Origin: Bacillota bacterium
GTDB taxonomy: Bacteria > Bacillota > Clostridia > Acetivibrionales > DTU013
Assembly (NCBI GenBank): GCA_023412915.1
Contig: JAEZRE010000001.1
Span: 23,040 to 87,039, forward strand
Direction of reading: 5' to 3'
DNA: 64,000 nt
Position 1 is the stretch's first letter; every line of letters begins with the position of its first letter. Positions 58,026 to 64,000 of the stretch are shown piece by piece. A program made the translations under genes and the position numbers. Below the pieces are notes generated by a model. That model did no database searches. It worked only from the letters and a program-made list of their open reading frames with translations, and was not told where the DNA came from.

Positions 58026-58958
58026 CTACTTCAAAAACTCCAGCGTCGCTTTCTCTATTCCCTTTGCGTCTAGGCCATAGTAAGCGAGCAGCTCGTCGTA
58101 CGGGCCTGAGCTTGCATAGGTTTTGGGTATCCCCAGACGCTTTACTCTTACGGGATATTTTGAACTGCATACCTCGGAAACCAGAGTTCCCAGGCCACCG
58201 TCCGCGTAATGCTCTTCAACGGTGAGGATGCCTTTTGTTTTCATCGCCGATTCGACGACCAGTTCCTCGTCGATAGGGCAAACTGTCGGCATACCAACCA
58301 GACGGACTGAGACGCCCTGTTTTGTGAGGTTGTCGGCAGCTTCTATCGCAGCCTTTGTGGTTGAACCTGTGGATATTATGGTTGCGTCGGTGCCTTCCCT
58401 TATGATGCGGCCCTTGCCGATTACGAAGGGCTGTTCATCGAACAGTACCGGGATCTTCGGATTGCCTATACGCATATAGACCGGCCCCTCATGCTCCATC
58501 ATGGCTTTAACCGCCGTCTTTATCTCTGTCGGGTCCTGCGGCGCCAGAACTACAACGCCCGGGATCATCCTTATGATGGCAAAATCCTCGAGGGAATGGT
58601 GGGTCGCGCCAAGGTCGGAATAGGATATGCCGCAGTTGCGGCCTACGACCTTGACATTCTGCTTCATATAGCCCAGATCGTTCCTGAACATTTCAAAGGG
58701 TCTCGAGGTTACAAAAGGAGCGATAGCGCAGAATACGGGTATCCTGCCCGTTGTTGCAAGACCCGAGGCAACGCCTATAACTCCCTGCTCCATGATTCCG
58801 CACTCAAAGTACCTTCCGGGATACTTTTTTACAAAATCTCCGAAGCCGGAGCTTTTCCCGCTGTCTGCGGAAAGAACGACTATTTTTTCATTCTCCCCGG
58901 CAAGCTCTGTTACCGCTTTACCGAATTCTTTCCTTGGATCAAGATATTCTCCGATCAT
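58026..58958 (-). CDS. Transketolase, C-terminal (pyrimidine-binding) subunit
   Basis: 310 aa with SADSGKSSG and ECGIMEQGVIGVASGLA, typical of split transketolase subunit B. Confidence 0.88.
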   Translation of the reverse strand: MIGEYLDPRKEFGKAVTELAGENEKIVVLSADSGKSSGFGDFVKKYPGRYFECGIMEQGVIGVASGLATTGRIPVFCAIAPFVTSRPFEMFRNDLGYMKQNVKVVGRNCGISYSDLGATHHSLEDFAIIRMIPGVVVLAPQDPTEIKTAVKAMMEHEGPVYMRIGNPKIPVLFDEQPFVIGKGRIIREGTDATIISTGSTTKAAIEAADNLTKQGVSVRLVGMPTVCPIDEELVVESAMKTKGILTVEEHYADGGLGTLVSEVCSSKYPVRVKRLGIPKTYASSGPYDELLAYYGLDAKGIEKATLEFLK

Positions 58959-59818
58959 CTATTTTCACCTGATTTCTGCTCCAGAGCCAGAGTTTTGTTT
59001 TTGATTTCCTTTTCGGCCGCTTCAGCTTCCTCTTTGGAAGGGCTCCAATAATGGAAGGCAGCATCGCCTTCACCCTCGGACAATCCCTTGCACTTGACAG
59101 TGTGGGCGATTATTGCCGTAGGCTTGCCCTTTTCCAGAGGTATCGAATCGAGAGTTTCGACTATTTCCTGCATACTGTTGCCGTCTATATTCCTTACAGC
59201 CCAGCCGAAAGCTTTGAAGCGCTCGTCTATAGGCGTCATGTTCATGACGTCCTCCACTTTTCCGCTGATCTGAAGACCGTTATTATCAACAAATAAGATT
59301 ATATTGTCAAGATGATAATGGGATGCCACGGAAGCCGCCTCCCAGTTGGAGCCTTCCGGCAGCTCGCCGTCTCCCATCACGACAAATATCTTTGCATCCG
59401 GATTCTTATCCCTTACACCGAGCGCCATACCGCAAGCTATTGATAAACCGTGTCCCAGAGCGCCTGTGTTGGCTTCCACTCCAGGCAGCTTGTGCATGTC
59501 CGGATGTCCCGGGATTTTGGAATGCAGGCTTCCGTAGGTATCCAATACCTCCTTGGGGAAATAACCCCTTTCAGCAAGCACTGCGTATTGAGCCAGACAT
59601 TTGTGGCCGGCCGACAAAATAAAACGGTCTCTGTCCTCTTTTTTGGGGTTCGCGGGATCGACATTCATCGAGTGGAAGTAAACTGCCGTTACTATATCCA
59701 GACAGGAGAGCGCCCCGCCGATGTGACCGTGTTCACTGGCCTTGATCATTCGTATGACATTTTCGCGGCATTTTGAAGCCGTCAGTTCCAAAGAAGCTAT
59801 TTCATTCAAATCTGTCAT
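58955..59818 (-). CDS. Transketolase, N-terminal (ThDP-binding) subunit
   Basis: 287 aa with GHIGGALS, SAGHK and the GDGELPEGSNWEA ThDP motif. It overlaps the subunit B gene by 4 nt. Confidence 0.88.
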   Translation of the reverse strand: MTDLNEIASLELTASKCRENVIRMIKASEHGHIGGALSCLDIVTAVYFHSMNVDPANPKKEDRDRFILSAGHKCLAQYAVLAERGYFPKEVLDTYGSLHSKIPGHPDMHKLPGVEANTGALGHGLSIACGMALGVRDKNPDAKIFVVMGDGELPEGSNWEAASVASHYHLDNIILFVDNNGLQISGKVEDVMNMTPIDERFKAFGWAVRNIDGNSMQEIVETLDSIPLEKGKPTAIIAHTVKCKGLSEGEGDAAFHYWSPSKEEAEAAEKEIKNKTLALEQKSGENR

Positions 59819-60258
59819 CAGATCTCACCTTTTTCATAAGAGACTATTCTGTCTACTTTCGATTTAGACCTCGAATTCGGATCGTAGGTCAACCCGAGAT
59901 ATTCCTTTACAAAGCATTTGGCCGATTCTATCCCCGTAACCTGTGCGCCCATTGTTATAATATTGGCGTTATTGCTAAGCTGAGCCCTCTGCGCCTGGTA
60001 CACATCGGTGACCAGAGCCGCGTAGGCACCTTTGACCTTGTTGGCCGCGATACATACGCCGATGCCTGTTCCGCAGATCAGAACGCCCCTGTCGCATTTG
60101 CCTGCGGCAACTTCGGTTGCTACTTTTATTGCCGTGTTTGCGTAGATGGGGTCGTCGCTGCCGTAATCCACGCATTCGTGTCCCAGCGATTCGATATAAG
60201 GGATCAATGCCTTCTTAAAATCTGTTGCGTTGGGATCGCATCCGATTGCTATTTTCAT
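59818..60258 (-). CDS. rpiB: RpiB/LacA/LacB-family sugar-phosphate isomerase
   Basis: MKIAIGCD..GVLICGTGIGVCIAANKVKG. 146 aa. Confidence 0.85.
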   Translation of the reverse strand: MKIAIGCDPNATDFKKALIPYIESLGHECVDYGSDDPIYANTAIKVATEVAAGKCDRGVLICGTGIGVCIAANKVKGAYAALVTDVYQAQRAQLSNNANIITMGAQVTGIESAKCFVKEYLGLTYDPNSRSKSKVDRIVSYEKGEI

Positions 60259-60301
60259 ATCATTACCTCCATTTTTATAATATCCGGCTTGGATTTCAAC
60301 T

Positions 60302-60343
60302 TGTATATACCTGTATAATATAATATGGCTGTTAATTTGTCAA
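60302..60343 (-). promoter_or_regulatory. Candidate rpiB-tkt promoter with a downstream operator-like palindrome
   Basis: On the minus strand: TTGACA (60343-60338), 17-nt spacer, TATTAT (60320-60315), 3 nt, then GGTATATACA (60311-60302). The last element matches TGTATATACA at 9 of 10 positions. Confidence 0.5.
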
Positions 60344-60435
60344 TCTCATACTGTGAGTTGTTGATGGCGGCATGTCAAAAAGTGAAACAAAAGAACCGTC
60401 CCTGCGTTTCCGTCCCTGCGGTTCTGTTAATCATC

Positions 60436-60479
60436 TTGACTGCGGATAAGGCCGATGCTAGAATAATGCTGTATATACA
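60436..60479 (+). promoter_or_regulatory. Candidate promoter of the hexokinase-like/dhaKL operon with a TGTATATACA operator
   Basis: TTGACT (60436-60441), 17-nt spacer, TGcTAGAAT (60456-60464), 5 nt, then the perfect palindrome TGTATATACA (60470-60479). Confidence 0.55.
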
Positions 60480-60573
60480 GGTAAGTACAGTGGTATATAG
60501 TTATAATTTCTGTAATAATAAGTTATTATAAGCTTAAAGACTGAAAAAATATACAGTTTATTTGTTCCAAGCA

Positions 60574-60618
60574 GGATGTTTGGCGCCCTTGCGGCGCGAA
60601 TTACCGCTGAAAACATCC
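60574..60618 (+). repeat. 44/45-nt structured repeat, copy 3
   Basis: GGATGTTT-G-GCGCC-CTTGC-GGCGC-GAATTACCGCTG-AAAACATCC. It ends 16 nt before the start codon at 60635. Confidence 0.8.
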
Positions 60619-60634
60619 ATAAAGGAGAGACCGT

Positions 60635-61975
60635 ATGGAAAAGACGCTTCTTCAAAGGCTTGACAACGATATGGACGCGGAGCTGGCCAGACTCATAGGG
60701 TTATTCAAGGAGAATAAGGCGCCCGTCTTCAATTCGTATATGAAGGAACACTTCAGGATCGCCAAAAGCAAGCCCGACGCATTTGCAAACCACCCGCCCG
60801 TATTGGCGATCTCGCTGGGCGGAACCAATCTCAAGCTTATGATTGCGGGCATGAAAAACGGCACTATGATGGTCGAACATGTCAGGGCGACACAGATCCC
60901 CGCACATCCTGTTGAATTCACCGAATTTTTTGACGAGATTCTGGTGCGCGACGAGTATATAAAAAATTATCTAAGCAGAAGTGAAAACACTTTTGTAGGT
61001 TTCTCCTTCCCGATGGCGATCTTCGACGGCGTGCCCTTTCACCCCACAAAGGTCCCCAATTTAAAGGGAGTCATCGTGCGGGACATGAAAGACCTGAACC
61101 AGGATTTCAATTTCGGGAAAAATTTCGATATTTACCTGAAAGACCGCGGCTTCCACCCGGTCGAGCTGTTTTACCAGTCCGACGGCATAATAGCGCACCA
61201 CGGCGCAGTAGCGCTGTGCGATACGGAGCTCGAAGACAGCACTACGCTGATCATCTGCGGAACGGGTATGGCGACCGGCGACGAGGAAAATTACATCCAG
61301 CTGGGCATAGCAGAAATAACAGATAATGACGAAGAAATATATCCCGCCTCTGAAACGGAGAATCACCAGTACCAATATGCCATGGCGGGCAAGGGGCTGT
61401 TCGGATTGATGAGAAGATGCATCGGGATCGCGGCTGAAGAGCCCGGAGCACACCTTGCAGGGCACGATCTGAGCGAGTTTTTTACGGACTCGCAGGGCTC
61501 AAAGACTACCGTGCAAATATGGGAAAGCAGCCTTGCAGGCGGTGTGCCGGAGGATGAGGCCAAAACGATAGCGGACAGGGTCGGTCCCGAAGCCTACGCC
61601 GAGCTGCAGCAGATAGCGGGAAAAATCGTGGAAAGGGTCATTGGTTCGATCGCGAACAGTGTTGTTTCAACGATCGTAAAGATGGGCCCTGCCGTGAATA
61701 AAAAAGGCCATCTGGTATTTTTCGAGGGTAGTGTCGTGAACAATAGAAATATACTGCCGAGGGTAAAGGCCGAAATCGTCCGGAGGATCAATAATGCCGG
61801 GCTGTACAGCCGCATGGGGGTACCACAGCCCATACTACCCGATATGGAGAGGACACTGAAGCCTTTGAGAGCCTGCGGCGGGCTTCCCGAAGCATTGCTG
61901 GCAGACGTTGATATAACGCTCATAGGAGCGGCGTCATCGGTCATGGCGGAAACCTGCTTGAGGAAACAGGGATAA
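60635..61975 (+). CDS. Hexokinase-family (ASKHA fold) sugar kinase-like protein
   Basis: Phosphate-1 motif LAISLGGTNLKL, ICGTGMATG, and C-terminal FFEGSVV and LIGAASS blocks. These parallel the hexokinase DLGGTNFR / GTGxN / DGSV / GAA motifs. Confidence 0.55.
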   Translation: MEKTLLQRLDNDMDAELARLIGLFKENKAPVFNSYMKEHFRIAKSKPDAFANHPPVLAISLGGTNLKLMIAGMKNGTMMVEHVRATQIPAHPVEFTEFFDEILVRDEYIKNYLSRSENTFVGFSFPMAIFDGVPFHPTKVPNLKGVIVRDMKDLNQDFNFGKNFDIYLKDRGFHPVELFYQSDGIIAHHGAVALCDTELEDSTTLIICGTGMATGDEENYIQLGIAEITDNDEEIYPASETENHQYQYAMAGKGLFGLMRRCIGIAAEEPGAHLAGHDLSEFFTDSQGSKTTVQIWESSLAGGVPEDEAKTIADRVGPEAYAELQQIAGKIVERVIGSIANSVVSTIVKMGPAVNKKGHLVFFEGSVVNNRNILPRVKAEIVRRINNAGLYSRMGVPQPILPDMERTLKPLRACGGLPEALLADVDITLIGAASSVMAETCLRKQG

Positions 61976-62102
61976 ATGAAGGAAAGCGCCAAAACTGCGC
62001 ACCGGTATGACGATGCCAGGGCTGACGGCAGCCGGCAGTGGCGTCGGTATTGAATATATTGAATATAAAGCTGTAAAAAAAATACGATAAGCGGGTGACG
62101 AT

Positions 62103-63101
62103 ATGAAAAAGATTCTGAATAGTAATGAAAGTTTTGTGGACGAAAGTCTGGAAGGTATCCTGACGGCGCACGGAGATATGCTGAAGGCTTGCGGCACCGA
62201 TATAAGGGCCGTATTCAGGGCGGACGCCCCCGTGAAAAACAAGGTTGCCATAGTAACCGGAGGCGGCTACGGCCACCTGCCCGTTTTTCTGGGGTATGTG
62301 GGCAAAGGCCTTGCGGATGGCGTTGCAGTCGGAAATGTATTCACTTCTCCGAGCTGCGATACGATAATAAACGTCACCAAAGAGGTCGACGGCGGAAAAG
62401 GTGTGCTTTATCTGTTTGGGAACTATGTGGGTGACGGCATGAATTTCGATATGGCCGGAGAGATCGTAGGGCTTGACGGCATAGAGACGAGGATCGTCAA
62501 GGTTTCGGACGATATAGCTTCTGCGCCGCGTGAAAGCTGGCAGCAAAGGCGCGGTGTGGCGGGGCTGTTTTTCGTATATAAGACGGCAGGCGCAAAAGCC
62601 GAACAGCTTGCCGACCTCGCAGAAGTGCAGAGAATTGCTGAGAAAACCGCGGAACGCACCGCGACGATGGGCATAGCCATGTCCTCCTGCTGGGTGCCGG
62701 GGGCGGGGAGGCCGATATTCGAGATAAGCGAGGAAGACATAGAGGTAGGTATGGGGATCCACGGGGAGCCGGGGGTAGAACGCATCAAGCTGGAGACCTC
62801 GAAAGAAATTGCACAGAGGATTGTCCCGAAGCTCGTCGAAGACCTGGGGCTAAGCGACAAGTCCAGGGTTTCGGTGCTTGTCAACGGTCTGGGCTCCACG
62901 ACCCGTGAAGAGCTCTATATCCTGTACAAGGATGTCGATCAACTGCTAAAAAGCTTCGGAGTCAAGACGGTGAAGGTTTTCGTAGGCGAGTACGCCACGT
63001 CGCTGGAGATGGCGGGAGCCTCGGTCTCCATACTGGAGCTTGACGATGAATTGGCCGGGCTTATGGAAGCGCCGGCATGTTCGCCGTTTATCAAATTATA
63101 G
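62103..63101 (+). CDS. dhaK: Dihydroxyacetone-kinase family, substrate-binding subunit DhaK
   Basis: Dak1 domain with TGGGYGHLP (a variant of GGGSGHEP), GNVFTSP, and the hemiaminal His in MGIHGEPG. Confidence 0.85.
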   Translation: MKKILNSNESFVDESLEGILTAHGDMLKACGTDIRAVFRADAPVKNKVAIVTGGGYGHLPVFLGYVGKGLADGVAVGNVFTSPSCDTIINVTKEVDGGKGVLYLFGNYVGDGMNFDMAGEIVGLDGIETRIVKVSDDIASAPRESWQQRRGVAGLFFVYKTAGAKAEQLADLAEVQRIAEKTAERTATMGIAMSSCWVPGAGRPIFEISEEDIEVGMGIHGEPGVERIKLETSKEIAQRIVPKLVEDLGLSDKSRVSVLVNGLGSTTREELYILYKDVDQLLKSFGVKTVKVFVGEYATSLEMAGASVSILELDDELAGLMEAPACSPFIKL

Positions 63102-63104
63102 GGA

Positions 63105-63740
63105 GTGGGTAAAGTGGCTATAGGAATAGATAAAGTTATCGGGATCTTATTGAAATCGGCGGATATAATAACCGCATCAAAGGATCAGCTTGAACAGCTC
63201 GACAGTGCCTCGGGCGACGGGGATCTCGGGATCTCCATGAAAAGAGGGGCGGACGCTATAAAAGCCGTTTTGTCCGCGTCAGCTGGAGAAAGCGATATAG
63301 GAAACCTTCTGATAAAATGCGCGATGGCTTTCAACAAGGAAGCTCCCTCAACGCTGGGAACGCTGCTGTCCTCCGCGTTACTGGCGGCGGGGAAGGAAAC
63401 CAAAGGCAGGAGCGAGCTATCTGAAGGCGACGTTGTCAAACTGGCGGGGATAATGACAAAAAGTATAATGGATCGCGGCAAGGCGGCTCTTGGAGATAAA
63501 ACCATACTTGACGCCATGATCCCGATGAGCGAGGCTATGAGCAGCAGCTTTGAACAGGGCAAAAGCCTGGCCGAAGCTGTCAAGGCCGCTGCGGCGGCTG
63601 CTGCTGCAGGAGCGGAAGCTACGAAGGAGCTTGTTGCAAAGGCAGGCAGGGCCAAATGGATTGGAGAGCGCACGAACGGCTTTCTTGACGGCGGCGCGGT
63701 GCTGTGCTCTATTGTTATCAATCACCTGGCAATGGGATAA
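63105..63740 (+). CDS. dhaL: Dihydroxyacetone-kinase family, nucleotide-binding subunit DhaL
   Basis: Dak2 domain with LDSASGDGDLGISM, and DKTILDA. The start is ambiguous (GTG at 63105 or 63114). Confidence 0.85.
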   Translation: MGKVAIGIDKVIGILLKSADIITASKDQLEQLDSASGDGDLGISMKRGADAIKAVLSASAGESDIGNLLIKCAMAFNKEAPSTLGTLLSSALLAAGKETKGRSELSEGDVVKLAGIMTKSIMDRGKAALGDKTILDAMIPMSEAMSSSFEQGKSLAEAVKAAAAAAAAGAEATKELVAKAGRAKWIGERTNGFLDGGAVLCSIVINHLAMG

Positions 63741-63821
63741 AAGCGTGGAATATAGTGAAAATTACTGCGCCGCATAATGAAGTAGCTTATGTGCCGGCGC
63801 AATAGCCTGTTTGTTCAAAAG

Positions 63822-63850
63822 TTGCAAGCGCTTGAAGCGCTTGCAATTTT
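63822..63850 (+). terminator. Intrinsic terminator after dhaL
   Basis: Perfect 11-bp stem TTGCAAGCGCT-TGA-AGCGCTTGCAA followed by TTTT. Confidence 0.75.
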
Positions 63851-63861
63851 CATATAGTTGG

Positions 63862-63903
63862 TTGACAGCAGTGTCGATATAGAGTATTATACTTGTATAT
63901 ACA
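63862..63903 (+). promoter_or_regulatory. Promoter with a TGTATATACA operator, driving a transcript that leaves the window
   Basis: TTGACA (63862-63867), 17-nt spacer, TATTAT (63885-63890), 3 nt, then TGTATATACA (63894-63903). Confidence 0.55.
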
Positions 63904-64000
63904 GCTTTAGTCAGGTTAAGACAAATAGCAGGTAAAAGCTTTCAACTGAACCGATTGTAAAAAGGCAAGCCTGTGATCCCGGGATCATGCAACGTTCCTT

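Noticed and set aside
63950-64000. A c-di-GMP-I (GEMM) riboswitch at the window end, suggested by a GGCAAGCC-hairpin-CAACG pattern.
   Set aside because: It resembles GGCAAACC..GACGCAAAGCC only loosely, and the sequence is truncated, so evidence is insufficient.

Overview
This is a chromosomal segment from an anaerobic, spore-forming Firmicute of the Clostridia type. That assignment rests on the Ech hydrogenase, rubredoxin, YyaC, a SpoIIE-type phosphatase, split transketolase, T-box control and low-GC sigma-A promoters. Gene content in order is listed below.

- **282-12337:** rho with a very long disordered insertion, a LacI-controlled CUT1 sugar ABC locus carrying an FAD-oxidoreductase and a Zn-ADH, then rpmE, a DUF1385 gene and prmC.
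- **12490-18783:** a complete echABCDEF energy-converting [NiFe] hydrogenase operon followed by hypAB.
- **18808-25974:** a hydrolase, a PAS-PP2C phosphatase, yyaC, a small rubredoxin absent from the ORF track, glnA behind a terminator/antiterminator leader, a DUF951 gene and an HtrA-like protease.
- **26049-36635:** a T-box-controlled ilvBNC-leuA-cimA cluster, a GGDEF-EAL protein and asnA.
- **36754-48861:** a YkuD-type L,D-transpeptidase gene split in two by an exactly 11,400-bp insertion.
- **48984-57930:** a second sugar locus (GH5, a paralogous FAD-oxidoreductase, an ABC transporter and an HK/LuxR-type response regulator).
- **58026-63740:** divergent rpiB-tktAB and hexokinase-like-dhaKL operons.

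The strongest finding is the split transpeptidase gene. The insertion has a large serine recombinase at one end, and its cargo is a complete sugar-sensing three-component system plus an MglBAC-type transporter. The attL and attR junctions can be read directly from the sequence. They rebuild a dyad-symmetric 48-bp attP and a symmetric attB around a central TG. Precise excision would restore an in-frame 235-aa enzyme, as happens with sporulation-type gene-intervening elements.

Other notable signals:
- A 44-nt structured repeat present in three copies, showing compensatory base changes.
- A TGTATATACA operator placed just downstream of the -10 box of three separate promoters.
- LacI operators.
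- Leader attenuators at glnA and asnA.

No rRNA, tRNA or CRISPR array was seen.
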